Source of the DNA: Candidatus Bathyarchaeota archaeon
GTDB taxonomy: Archaea > Thermoproteota > Bathyarchaeia > Bathyarchaeales > Bathycorpusculaceae
DNA: 64,000 nucleotides
Direction of reading: 5' to 3'
Assembly (NCBI GenBank): GCA_963811105.1
Contig: CAWEPZ010000011.1
Span: 896,001 to 960,000 of the forward strand
Shown: in pieces, positions 21,614 through 30,923 of the stretch
How positions within the stretch are numbered: the first letter of the stretch is position 1
Layout of the letters: the number at the start of each line of letters is the position of its first letter
Notes under the pieces: model-generated
What the model saw: only the letters and a program-made list of their open reading frames with translations
Databases searched by the model: none
Told to the model about the DNA's origin: nothing
Program-made: the position numbers and the translations under genes

Positions 21614-21773
21614 TCAAGTCTCGCTCCAATTACATTTTAATATCTCAGAGGTTAGCATCGTGTGGTTTATTTCCTCTTGGAGATTACGCATATTAAGACC
21701 TCATTGTTACTAATTTTTTCGATAATTTAAGAATTTGTGGCTGTAATCCGTAGACAAGTTGCGTAACTGATTT

Positions 21774-22033
21774 TCAGAGGTAGGCTTGGTCATGGTGGGT
21801 ATGCTTTATGATTTGGACGGTAGGCGGGGTTTCTATTGTTCGGTATATGAGCACGAATGGTCCGATGTGAACTCTTCTAAGCCCTTCTAGTGGATGTTTA
21901 ATGGTTTAAACTGGTAGGGGTCTGTTGGAATCTGCTGAATTTTCTTATTCACTGCTTCTAGCTGTTTTCTATCTTTCTTGAGAAGCTTTCTAAATGTCTT
22001 TGAAGTTTCTTCTTCAATTTCAAGGCTGTACAA
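21774..22033 (-). CDS. RelE/StbE-family toxin, 1-nt frameshift near 21900
   Basis: MYSLEIEEETSKTFRKLLKKD...DPYQFKPL / HPLEGLRRVHIGPFVLIY...HHDQAYL*. Lies directly behind the antitoxin. Confidence 0.8.
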
Positions 22034-22037
22034 GAGA

Positions 22038-22274
22038 TCACTTTAGGCCAAACTCTTGGGCAAAATCCTTGACTTTAACAAATTTCCCTTTTTTGAGAGT
22101 ATCTTCTACGTCTTTTGCAAATTCAGGTCTAAGTTGGGGTTCAAGCTCACATTCTTCATACCGCTTGATTATTACGCTTAAGGCTTGGCTTCTGTCTTTG
22201 AGGCCATATTTTGCTTTGACTATGTTGATTACTCGGCTTTCCCTTTCATCCAAATTGATTACATTCTTTACCAT
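22038..22274 (-). CDS. Antitoxin, DUF2683-like
   Basis: INIVKAKYGLKDRSQAL...LEPQLRPEF; upstream of a RelE toxin. Confidence 0.75.
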   Translation of the reverse strand: MVKNVINLDERESRVINIVKAKYGLKDRSQALSVIIKRYEECELEPQLRPEFAKDVEDTLKKGKFVKVKDFAQEFGLK

Positions 22275-22393
22275 CGAAGCCCCTCTAGCAATTACGTCGA
22301 ATAATACAGAATAATAGGATGTTATTTTAGGTATTGCGCCTTCTAAGAACATATTAATCAGACGTCAACTCACAGCTATTTGAGGAAGAATGT

Positions 22394-22597
22394 TTGCCGA
22401 TTGTTCAAGTTTCTGTTTGGGAAGGGATAACACCTGAAAACAAAAAGAAAACAGTTGAAGGAATAACTAAGGTCTTTGAAGATATGGGCGTTCCTAAAGA
22501 TGCAGTCCATATAGTGATTTATGAAGCGCCAAAGAGTAATTGGGCAACGGGCGGAAAGTTACATTCAGAAAAACACGCCCAAACACCCTCACTCTAA
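22394..22597 (+). CDS. 4-oxalocrotonate tautomerase family protein (intact copy)
   Basis: M-P start giving catalytic Pro-1, VHIVIYE.PK.NWATGG, 67 aa. Confidence 0.92.
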   Translation: MPIVQVSVWEGITPENKKKTVEGITKVFEDMGVPKDAVHIVIYEAPKSNWATGGKLHSEKHAQTPSL

Positions 22598-22965
22598 CAC
22601 GAATAATTAGAGCGCTGCCTTGTCTCGAGATTAAGCATTGAAATAATAACTTTCAATTAGATTTTGCATCCATAATTTCTGCACATTTAAGCTCTGATCG
22701 GAGGAAAACAAAAAAGGCGCGCTTTCCCGATAACCACCAAAGCGGATTTATCGTTGACGCTTAGCATTAATCGATGCATTAACTTCAGATAGAAGAAAAC
22801 CCATTTTTTGGAAGCGGTTTAATTAACCTTTTAGAAGGGTTTTCCTTAAATGTTTAAATGTGTTGCTGAAGAAAGATGGGTTAATGAAAAAAGGACTTTT
22901 GTCTTTTGCTTTTCTGAAAAAACAAAAAGAAAGAAAAGTAAGGAATCAATTTATTTTAGTAAACA

Positions 22966-23580
22966 TTGGTGCTAATGAAAGTGCAGCTGATTTCTTTAAT
23001 TTATGAGCTTTTCTGGTTTAGCTTTTTTGCGTTTACGTTAGGATATTCTGTAAAAAGGCAAGGGTTTAAGCAATCGTCGGTTTTCTTTTTGCCTGCAGTA
23101 GTTTGGGGTCTTTTACTCGAATATGCTACTCAAGAAGTCTTTCACAGGTATCATTACGGTGGAGGTTTTGTGGTTAACATTGTAAATGTTCCCTTATGCA
23201 TCGCGTTGGCTTGGGCGGCTTTGATGTACATCTGCTATTATGTTTTTACTCAAAAGCTCAAGTTGAAAAATTCAATAGCTGTTGCATTGACTGCAAGTGT
23301 TCCTTTGCTATTGGTGGACGCTTTTATTTTGGAGCCGACAGCTAAGCTATTTGGTTTTTGGGTTTGGACGCCTCAAGGTTTATGGTTTGGCGCCTCTTTA
23401 GGCAATTTTTATGGCTGGTTTTGGGTAATCACGCTATACCTGTCTTTTTACAATTTCTTGCATTGGAAAACAAACGACTGGAGAAAAGCACTTTTGATAA
23501 ATCTTGGACTTATTATAGTAAGAGTCATCATTCTAATCGCTTTACTTCAAGCATATAAAATGGCATTCGGAAACCTTTAA
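22966..23580 (+). CDS. Polytopic membrane protein, CruF/DUF422-like
   Basis: LLE...YHY, VPL.I..AW, D.FILEP..GFWVW and GNFYGW. Confidence 0.65.
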   Translation: MVLMKVQLISLIYELFWFSFFAFTLGYSVKRQGFKQSSVFFLPAVVWGLLLEYATQEVFHRYHYGGGFVVNIVNVPLCIALAWAALMYICYYVFTQKLKLKNSIAVALTASVPLLLVDAFILEPTAKLFGFWVWTPQGLWFGASLGNFYGWFWVITLYLSFYNFLHWKTNDWRKALLINLGLIIVRVIILIALLQAYKMAFGNL

Positions 23581-23714
23581 CAGCTGTTAGTAACTTTTAT
23601 GTTAAAATGGATCTTTAAGTTAGATTTGTTTTAATAAAAAAGGTTGTCAGCTAGCTTGAGTTTGTTAGCTTAATGTTGTTTGTTTCAATGTGTTCTTCTT
23701 TTGAGATTGGATTG

Positions 23715-24134
23715 TTAGATGAACATTGAAACGTCTGCGCCGGCAGCGATGTCAAGGAATGTTGCAGCGCCAACCATGCTATCTACTTCAGGAATAAGGT
23801 CTTCTCTTTTGATTCCAAACATTTCCATCGTTGGTGTGCAGGCGTAGATTGTACATTTGCCGGATTGTTTCATTCGTTTGAGCATATCGTAAGGTGAGGG
23901 ATATTTCATGCGTTCTAGGTTCTTTCGCATTGCTTCTTCAAGATGCTTGTAGTCTCCGGGCAAAACTGCTTTTTCCATGGCGCCTTTTGCTAGACTTTGT
24001 AGCCCCCAGAATGTGAAGTATAGGTGTGCTTCCCAACCCATGGCTACAGATGTCGATGCTAAAATAAAAGCGCAGTAGAGTTTGTCGATTGTTCCGCTTT
24101 GAACAACTAATGCTATTTTTTTGGTTTGATTCAT
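23715..24134 (-). CDS. DsrE/DsrF/DsrH-like (DsrE2 type) sulfurtransferase
   Basis: AFILASTS..MGWEAHLYFTFWGL, IYACTPTMEMFG and VGAATFL. Start at MNQTKK. Confidence 0.88.
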   Translation of the reverse strand: MNQTKKIALVVQSGTIDKLYCAFILASTSVAMGWEAHLYFTFWGLQSLAKGAMEKAVLPGDYKHLEEAMRKNLERMKYPSPYDMLKRMKQSGKCTIYACTPTMEMFGIKREDLIPEVDSMVGAATFLDIAAGADVSMFI

Positions 24135-24286
24135 TTTTTTATCACCTTCTTTTCTTGTGGTGCACAATTTTGGCAGCAAAAACTGACTTTTTTTCCGTCT
24201 ATTTCGGTGGTGAAAGCTGCAAGTTGGCAAGGTTCTTTAGTGATTTCCGTGCCACAGCAATTACATTTGGATGTTTCTTTTTTCAT
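24131..24286 (-). CDS. TRASH/YHS-like metal-binding microprotein (51 aa)
   Basis: MKKETSKCNCCGTEI...IDGKKVSFCCQNC. Overlaps the iscU stop (TAATG) and the dsrE start (ATGA). Confidence 0.75.
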   Translation of the reverse strand: MKKETSKCNCCGTEITKEPCQLAAFTTEIDGKKVSFCCQNCAPQEKKVIKK

Positions 24287-24669
24287 TATTCCACCCCTTT
24301 GTTTTTCTGCTTTTTTTGGTAGTCTTCGATAGCGGCGTGGAGTGCATCGGCTGCTAGGTTTGAGCAGTGCATTTTCACTGGGGGGAGACCTCCAAGTGAT
24401 TCGGCTACACTTGCGCGAGTGATATTCATGGCTTCGTCGATTGTTTTTCCTTTTGCAAGTTCTGTTGTCATGCTGCTTGTTGCAATAGCTGCTCCGCAAC
24501 CGTAGGTTTTGAATTTAACGTCTTCAATGCGGTTGTCTTTAACTTTTATATACATCGTCATTAGATCTCCGCAGGTGGGGTTTCCAACTGAACCCACTCC
24601 GTCGGCATCAGGGATTTCTCCCATGTTTTGAGGATTCTTAAAATGTTGCATCACTTTTTCAGAATACAT
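24286..24669 (-). CDS. iscU: Fe-S cluster scaffold IscU/NifU
   Basis: YSEKVMQHF.NP.N.G, GNPTCGD, FKTYGCGAAIA and LPPVKMHCSNLA. Confidence 0.96.
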   Translation of the reverse strand: MYSEKVMQHFKNPQNMGEIPDADGVGSVGNPTCGDLMTMYIKVKDNRIEDVKFKTYGCGAAIATSSMTTELAKGKTIDEAMNITRASVAESLGGLPPVKMHCSNLAADALHAAIEDYQKKQKNKGVE

Positions 24670-24670
24670 A

Positions 24671-25858
24671 TTATTTCAACTCCTTAGGAGTTAGAGGAGA
24701 CATATCTCTTAGTCTCTTAACAATATCTGGCATTAAACTTTTTACTTTGTCCACGTCTTCTTGAGTGTTTTCTTTTCCCAAAGTGGCCATTAAGGAACCA
24801 TGTGCATCTTCAGGTTGTAAGCCTAGAGCTAGCAGAACATGTGATGGCTGTAGTGTTTTTGCGGCGCAAGCTGATCCAGATGATGCATAGACGCCCATGA
24901 TATCTAAGCTTAAAAGTATTGATTCGCCTTCGATGAAGCTGTATCTAACTGATACATTGTTGGGTAATCTTTGGGTTGGATGTCCGTTTAAGTATGAATA
25001 TGATATCGGTTCGATGAGACCTTTAATTAGGTTGTTTCGCAACAAAGTTAGTCTTTGGCTTTCGTTTGCCATTTCGTTTTTGGCAATTTCAGCAGCTTTA
25101 GCAAACCCGACAATGCCGGGTATGTTTTCGGTTCCAGAACGTAATCCGCGTTCTTGGCCGCCCCCTTGATTTACAGGTTCTATTGTAGTGCCGGGTTTGA
25201 TGTAGAGTGCTCCTACGCCTTTTGGTCCATACATGTCGTTGCTTGACATTGTGAGCAGGTCAATATTTTCAGTTTGGACATCAATTGGGACTTGACCACA
25301 GGCAGCTGTAGCGTCAACGTGAAGAAAAGCCTTTTTTGAATGCACAATTTTGCTGATTTCTTTAATTGGTTCAATGGTTCCTATTTCGGGGTTTGCGTAA
25401 ACGATTGAAACAAGCGTAGTTTGATCATCTAATTCAGCTTCTAGCTTTTCTAAATCTAAAACCCCAAACTTGTCAACGGGTAGGAAAATGACTTGAAATC
25501 CGTTTCGAATCATCAACTTACAAGGGTTGACAATTGACATGTGCTCAACGCTTGATGTTATAATTTTGTTTCCGCGGCTTTTGTTTCGTCCTGCGATGCC
25601 CCTGATGGCTAAATTGTTGCTCTCCGTTGCGCCTGAAGTGAAAACTATAGCTTCTGGGGTTTCTGCGTTGATTAATTTCGCGATAACTACTCTGCTATTT
25701 TGCAATGTCTGCTTGGCTTCCTGTCCCAAAGTATGCACTGAGGAAGGATTCCCAAAGCTTGAAGTAAAGAAAGGCAACATCGCATCAGTTACAAGTTGGG
25801 CAACTGGTTTTCCGGCTGAATAATCCATGTAAATTCTTCTTGGACTATCGTTTTCCAA
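24671..25858 (-). CDS. iscS: Cysteine desulfurase IscS/NifS
   Basis: FGNPSS.H, FTSGATESNN, GGGQERGLRSGTEN and SSGSAC. The PLP-lysine motif reads SSNDMYGPKG instead of SxHKxxGPKG. Confidence 0.92.
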   Translation of the reverse strand: MENDSPRRIYMDYSAGKPVAQLVTDAMLPFFTSSFGNPSSVHTLGQEAKQTLQNSRVVIAKLINAETPEAIVFTSGATESNNLAIRGIAGRNKSRGNKIITSSVEHMSIVNPCKLMIRNGFQVIFLPVDKFGVLDLEKLEAELDDQTTLVSIVYANPEIGTIEPIKEISKIVHSKKAFLHVDATAACGQVPIDVQTENIDLLTMSSNDMYGPKGVGALYIKPGTTIEPVNQGGGQERGLRSGTENIPGIVGFAKAAEIAKNEMANESQRLTLLRNNLIKGLIEPISYSYLNGHPTQRLPNNVSVRYSFIEGESILLSLDIMGVYASSGSACAAKTLQPSHVLLALGLQPEDAHGSLMATLGKENTQEDVDKVKSLMPDIVKRLRDMSPLTPKELK

Positions 25859-25878
25859 AATTATGTCCCTTCGTTTGA

Positions 25879-26109
25879 CTATTTCAACTTCTTAATTATT
25901 ATTCGAGTTACGCCGTCTTCCTGTTTGCTTTCCAGAACTTGGTCGCCTAAGTTTTTAGCAAGGTTTTCGATATCAGATTTTGCTGCCGGATCATCCGCTG
26001 TGACTTCCAGAGTTTCTCCAACCTTCATTTCATCCAACTGCAATCTAGTGTTAAAGACCGGTTCGGGACAGAACAAACCTAAGCAATCTAGCGATTTATC
26101 AGCTTTTAT
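25879..26109 (-). CDS. tusA: Sulfur carrier TusA/SirA
   Basis: LDCLGLFCPEP and LEVTADDPAA..DI. Probable start at ATA (IKADKSLD) behind GAGG. Confidence 0.9.
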   Translation of the reverse strand: MKADKSLDCLGLFCPEPVFNTRLQLDEMKVGETLEVTADDPAAKSDIENLAKNLGDQVLESKQEDGVTRIIIKKLK

Positions 26110-26263
26110 AAAAATAACCTCACATAGATTGAGAAAAAAGCAAACAATAAATGTTTTGCACAAAGTACCAAAATAATCTGTGTAAGAGCTTTACCAAAAA
26201 AGGATGATTGGTTAACTTGAGCATTTTCGGGCGGCATAATTTTCGTTTAACTTCGAAAGATGA

Positions 26264-26375
26264 AACAAGCGGAAAGCGGCATTCAGAAAAACACGCCAAA
26301 CACCCTTCACTATAAATACGCATAAATAGTAACGCACGGTTTCACCTTTTGGCATAAATTCAGAAAACATAATCG
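26264..26375 (+). pseudogene. Tautomerase 3'-end remnant plus downstream flank
   Basis: GCGGAAAG..CATTCAGAAAAACACGCCAAACACCCTTCACTATAA matches 22551-22597. The whole stretch is a near direct repeat of 27469-27560. Confidence 0.8.
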
Positions 26376-26456
26376 CTCAGAGTCTTGTCATCCGCACTTG
26401 GAAGTTAATCATAACCCTTATGTATTACATTGTATTCTGGCTCATTATGATGACTA

Positions 26457-26759
26457 ATGTCTGAGCAAAGTAACGTAGTTACTCTACGTCTTTCAAAACG
26501 TGCCCTACAAAGACTTGAAGCTATACGAACCATTGAGAAAACTGACCGCTCAACATTGTTTAAGGAATTCATTGAAGATGGGTTGCGCAAAAGAACGGTA
26601 AAACTCTACAGCGCGGGCAAATTAAGTGCTGGACGCGCAGCAGAGATCTTGGATATTTCGCTACGGGAGTTTCTTGAACTGCTTGAGCAGGAATGCGTAT
26701 CGGTTAGCTGGGATTCTGCAAGTGTTAAGGAGTACTTGAAGGTAAAATACGGAGAATAA
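26457..26759 (+). CDS. UPF0175-family antitoxin (RHH + HTH)
   Basis: VVTLRLS and VKLYSAGKLSAGRAAEILDISLREFLELL. Confidence 0.82.
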   Translation: MSEQSNVVTLRLSKRALQRLEAIRTIEKTDRSTLFKEFIEDGLRKRTVKLYSAGKLSAGRAAEILDISLREFLELLEQECVSVSWDSASVKEYLKVKYGE

Positions 26760-26763
26760 CCTT

Positions 26764-27306
26764 TTGCGAATCGTGGTTTCTGATGCAGGACCGCTAATTC
26801 ATCTTGCCCAAATAGGTCAGCTTCAACTTTTGAAGAATCTATTTAAACACGTATCTATAACCGCCAAAGTTAAGAATGAAACAGTTGATGAAGGAATTAA
26901 TCATGGCTTTGTTGACGCCCAGATTATCGGCAAAGCTATTCAAGATGGATGGATAACGGTTGATAATGTTTGTGAGCATCTATCTGGATCAATAGAGCGG
27001 CTAGTGATAGGTGAAAATATTTCACGAGCAGATGCAGAAACTCTTCTGATGGCTAAAAACAAAAATGCAGAACTACTTGTTGACGACAAAGTTGTTGCAG
27101 ATCTCGCAAAAATGTACGGACTCAGAATTTGGAACACATGGACGATATTGCTGGAAAGCCTTAGTGAAGGCTTCATTGAAGTACAAGTTATTAAAAATGC
27201 AATAGACGAACTTGGCAAAAAACGACATAAACTACGTGAAAAACAAGCAGAGGAAATACTAAAAGCAACAAACGCAATAGTAACATGCAAGAAGAAAACT
27301 GACTAA
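26764..27306 (+). CDS. PIN-domain toxin, DUF3368-like
   Basis: IVVSDAGPLIHLAQIG, ADAETL and LLVDD. Confidence 0.85.
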   Translation: MRIVVSDAGPLIHLAQIGQLQLLKNLFKHVSITAKVKNETVDEGINHGFVDAQIIGKAIQDGWITVDNVCEHLSGSIERLVIGENISRADAETLLMAKNKNAELLVDDKVVADLAKMYGLRIWNTWTILLESLSEGFIEVQVIKNAIDELGKKRHKLREKQAEEILKATNAIVTCKKKTD

Positions 27307-27344
27307 CTAACAACGACTTTTTAAACAGCCGTATCAAGCTATCC

Positions 27345-27560
27345 ATGACTTCTGAAAACAATAAGAAAACCGTTGAAGGAATAACTAGAGTCTTTGAAGA
27401 AATGGGCGTTCCTAAAGATGCAGTCCATATAGTGATTTATGAAGCTCCAAAAAGCAATTGGGCAACGGGCGGAAAGTTGCATTAAGAAAATCACGCCAAA
27501 CACCCTTCACTATAAATATGCATAAATAGTGACGCATGGTCAAAGTCAGAAAACATAATA
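27345..27560 (+). pseudogene. N-terminally truncated tautomerase copy (lacks Pro-1) plus downstream flank
   Basis: 27345-27485 reads MTSENNKKTVEGITRVFEEMGVPKDAVHIVIYEAPKSNWATGGKLH*, nearly identical to the intact gene. Confidence 0.9.
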
Positions 27561-27706
27561 GCTTCTACATTGAAAGCCCTTGTATGCTATTGAGGCAGTA
27601 AAAAGTTTGTGCAACATAATATCTTGCCTATAGCCAAAATCTCTTAAAAAGCAAGCCAACAAATTATCCCGCCTCTCAGCACCGAGGCTCCGTCTCAAAT
27701 TGATAA

Positions 27707-27965
27707 TCACTTGTATATGGTTCTTCTGGGACCTATAGCTATAACATATACTCTTTTGTCTTTCTCAGAAACTGCATATATTATACGCAGTTTTCCGACA
27801 CGAAAACCAAAGTTTTCTTTTAAGTCTCCATGAAGGCTTTTTTCAGCGTTAGGATCCTGTTCTAAACCAATTAAGCATTCCTGCAGAGTCGCTTTTCTTT
27901 TCCTTCTAACTTTTGTAGAAACGCTCAGTTTGCCTCGACAAAACAACAGTGAACTTAGGCTTCAA
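27707..27965 (-). CDS. RelE/ParE-family toxin, frameshifted near the 5' end
   Basis: The TTG frame MKPKFTVVLSRQTERFYK joins LEQDP..KSLHGDLK..FRVGKLRIIY..VYVIAIGPRRTIYK. Confidence 0.82.
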
Positions 27966-28179
27966 CGTGCTCTTCCTTCAGAAGGGAACGCAAATCCTTG
28001 ACTCTTCCAGCCTTAATGTCATCTTGACCTCGCTTGATAACTTTCATCATTTCTGGATCACTTAAAACGTCGATCGTTTCCATAAGTTCACCCATAAGTT
28101 TAGTAGCTTCCTCCAGCTTTTGCCTGGTTTCACAAAGAAGCTTACGATCGTCCTCATCTAAATATTCAGTCTTAGCCAT
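27955..28179 (-). CDS. Antitoxin of the RelE toxin
   Basis: LMETIDVLSDPEMMKVIKRGQDDIKAGR, a typical RelB/Phd-like C-terminus; overlaps the toxin start. Confidence 0.8.
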   Translation of the reverse strand: MAKTEYLDEDDRKLLCETRQKLEEATKLMGELMETIDVLSDPEMMKVIKRGQDDIKAGRVKDLRSLLKEEHVEA

Positions 28180-28264
28180 CAACCCACCAAACTAACATTA
28201 TAAAGATGTCTAAGGCAACTAATAAATTTGAAAAAGTCAAACTATTCTTAGATTTGTTGTCTAA

Positions 28265-28323
28265 GCAGTTCACATAGTAATCATTGAAGCTCTCAAAATC
28301 AACTGGCAACAGGCGGAAAAGCT
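28265..28323 (+). pseudogene. Diverged internal tautomerase fragment
   Basis: GCAGTTCACATAGTAATCATTGAAGCTCTCAAAATCAACTGGCAACAGGCGGAAAA reads AVHIVIIEALKINW/TGGK against intact AVHIVIYEAPKSNWATGGK. Confidence 0.75.
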
Positions 28324-28343
28324 CCCTGACTACCACTTAAAAA

Positions 28344-28733
28344 TTATTCTATCATCACAGCGTCTTTGATGTTCTTGAAGTGTAAATCTCCCGTTAAAAC
28401 TTTAGCGTTTAATCTCCTAGCAGTAGCTAAGACATAAGCGTCCGCTAGACCAAAATCTTTCAGGGTCTTTCTCATTTCACAATGCAGAAGCCCCGCCTGC
28501 ACAGAGAGTTCTTTATCTACATTCACAATTTGTGAGTTGCTGGACACAACGCTACTTGCCGCTTCGATATCTCGTCTTTCTCGGGCGACTTTGCTAATGA
28601 TTTCTGCAAGCGTTATGGCACATGTGTAAACTTCGTTATTATTCTCATCTAAGATCTTGTTAAGCTTAGCACCGTGTTCACTGCCAACTAGATACTCAAC
28701 CCATGCCCAAGCATCAATTACGTAGTTACTCAA
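28344..28733 (-). CDS. vapC: VapC PIN-domain toxin
   Basis: YVIDAWAWVEY, TLAEI, GLADAYVLATA and LTGDLHF. Confidence 0.9.
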   Translation of the reverse strand: MSNYVIDAWAWVEYLVGSEHGAKLNKILDENNNEVYTCAITLAEIISKVARERRDIEAASSVVSSNSQIVNVDKELSVQAGLLHCEMRKTLKDFGLADAYVLATARRLNAKVLTGDLHFKNIKDAVMIE

Positions 28734-28938
28734 GCGAAGATTTCAACTCGTCTTCAACTGTGAAGGGAGCCATACCTTTTAAGATACCGAAGCCGTCTTT
28801 TCGGCATTTTTTAACTGTGATTTCGACATACTCGTTTTCCTTTATTTGTTGGAGGTCGACTACTTCTTTGGGAAGAGTAACAACGATGGAGCCGCCGACT
28901 TTTCTGGTCTTGGTTAAGCATTGATGCATATTAATCAC
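28726..28938 (-). CDS. vapB: AbrB/MazE-fold antitoxin
   Basis: KTRKVGGSIVVTLPKEVV; overlaps vapC. Confidence 0.85.
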   Translation of the reverse strand: MINMHQCLTKTRKVGGSIVVTLPKEVVDLQQIKENEYVEITVKKCRKDGFGILKGMAPFTVEDELKSSLE

Positions 28939-29106
28939 TGTTATATTTAATTATACTTTTGTTATACTTAAGGATTTTTCTGTGATTATACCTCAAGATT
29001 TTTGTGAATTGAACAGCCATTGCCAGATCTTCGAGTTGCTCTCGATACAAACGTCTTTGTAAGCGCAATTATTCTTGGATTTTTGCGCTTTCTAAAAAAT
29101 ATTGCT

Positions 29107-29200
29107 CAGACGACAACTCAAAACTATCGAGATAGAATGTTTGCCGATTGTTCAAGTTTCTGTTTGGGAAGGAATAACTCCTGAGAATAAGAAGAAAACA
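29107..29200 (+). pseudogene. Tautomerase 5' remnant including its leader
   Basis: TCAGACGACAACTCA..AGAATGTTTGCCGATTGTTCAAGTTTCTGTTTGGGAAGGAATAACTCCTGAGAATAAGAAGAAAACA matches 22358-22453 (MPIVQVSVWEGITPENKKKT), then stops. Confidence 0.9.
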
Positions 29201-29921
29201 TTTCATGTAATGATAAGCAAAGGAAAATGTATTCGGGTTCAATGTCTATGCTTTTAAAACCTTTGCAAAAGTCAATTGATAAGTTAAATGGAAAAATGGC
29301 TTTAGTAATCAGCTTCCTTAAATCTAAAAACTCAGATTTTCCCATTCAGTCTCTCTGGAGAAATCGATGGCATAGTCAATTCAACAGTCAGTTATCTAAC
29401 TGCATAGCTTATAAGCAATACTTGAACAAATTTTGGTCACCAAAGTTTCTTCTTCTTGGGTTCCTCTCCTGAAAGAGGATACTTTTTTGGTCTGCAACTG
29501 GGCTTGCTGCAGTGTTGCTATTTCTTATTCGTACAAGCATGTTCTGAGGCATTGACTACGTAAACGAAATTCCTTTTATTGTTGCGATTGTGATTGCTGT
29601 TTTCGTAATTCCCGTTCCTCTCATGCGCTATAATATTAACCTGACAAGAAGAAAAATTATAGAGGAATTTGGCAGGTTCGCAGAATTATCACCATATCTA
29701 ATTGATTCTTCAAAGAATGGAAAATGAGAAGCTGTTGTTAAAATTGAAATGTAAAATTGGTTATTAGAGATCTTAATTCAGAATAAGCTCTGTTTGTACC
29801 AAGATAACTATTCCAGAAAAAGCTTTACATCCCGTCTTCCCAGACCATCGCGATAGTATAAAAACCAACGACTACATATCGTCACACAGAAGGCATTTAT
29901 ATTGGATACTCTTCTCTCTTA

Positions 29922-30491
29922 ATGGAGACTTTTGACATGATTATTGATAGAGATGAGAGATGGACTTTTGGTCACGCACTTCATCTTGAAGTTGACCCGA
30001 CCCCAACATCAACTTGGGGTTCTTTTATGCGTAATACACTATATTCTAAAATTACATTAAACGGAGGTACGAGTAATTGGGTATTGGCTTCTATACCAAC
30101 TCCAAATGTAACTAAAGGCTGGAAAATCTCTTCTACAATGCTCAGATTTGCTATCAGAGGGACGGGACCGGAATTCGGAATTATTGATAAAATTGGAGTA
30201 CGAGATGGCCCCGAAACTGTTTTCGATACTGAAGTGAATGTAGACAGGCTATGGGGTGGAATTGTAGAATGGAAACTCCTTGTACTAGATTACCCACAAC
30301 CTATGCCATTCAAAAATGGTTTAGGTGTTTCAATACACGTAAACTATCCCGTCAAACCAACTGACCCTTCGTGGCCTTCTTTTCCACCAACAGAATTTCT
30401 CTTTGCCAGCGTTGGATTAGGATTTGTTAAAGAATCGGTCATAGTGCCACCTATAGAAACAGCACCAACTACAGCGACAACTAGTAGATAA
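29922..30491 (+). CDS. Hypothetical beta-rich protein (possibly DUF6623-like)
   Basis: GHALHLE, NWV..SIPTP, MLRF, VRDG and GLGVSI. The family name is from memory only. Confidence 0.6.
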   Translation: METFDMIIDRDERWTFGHALHLEVDPTPTSTWGSFMRNTLYSKITLNGGTSNWVLASIPTPNVTKGWKISSTMLRFAIRGTGPEFGIIDKIGVRDGPETVFDTEVNVDRLWGGIVEWKLLVLDYPQPMPFKNGLGVSIHVNYPVKPTDPSWPSFPPTEFLFASVGLGFVKESVIVPPIETAPTTATTSR

Positions 30492-30923
30492 GATTACTTT
30501 CCTCCCCCTCTTATTTTCTATAAGAACGTCAGGTTTGGGGTAAGGCGCTTGCTAAACCAGCCAAACGAATAGAGAATCACGTTTTCAGCAGTGAGAGTTA
30601 CAAGTGGGACAATTGCAAAACCAGTTTCAAACACATATTTGCTCTCACAACCTATTCTATCTGAAAGGGTTGAAAAGGTTTTTCATATTTCCCCAACGGA
30701 AATCCCCCACTTGTTTGTGACCTTCTGCACCGGACAAAAACGGCTCATAAACTACAGGGGAAATCAATCTTTGGGGTAGTGGATGTCGTTTCTTCAGCTA
30801 AAGTTGCTATAAATCCGGAGCTTTCCGATTCAGCTTTTGAACCTTCAAACTATTTTTTTTCCTTTTCTTATTTTACTTTCTATTTAAATACTAAAAAAAA
30901 GAAAAAAGGATTATTTGTTGTTT

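Noticed and set aside
23715-26109. IscS as the DndA of a phosphorothioation system for the defence island
   Set aside because: No dndCDE, ssp or pbe genes are visible, and the iscU/tusA context indicates Fe-S or sulfur relay.
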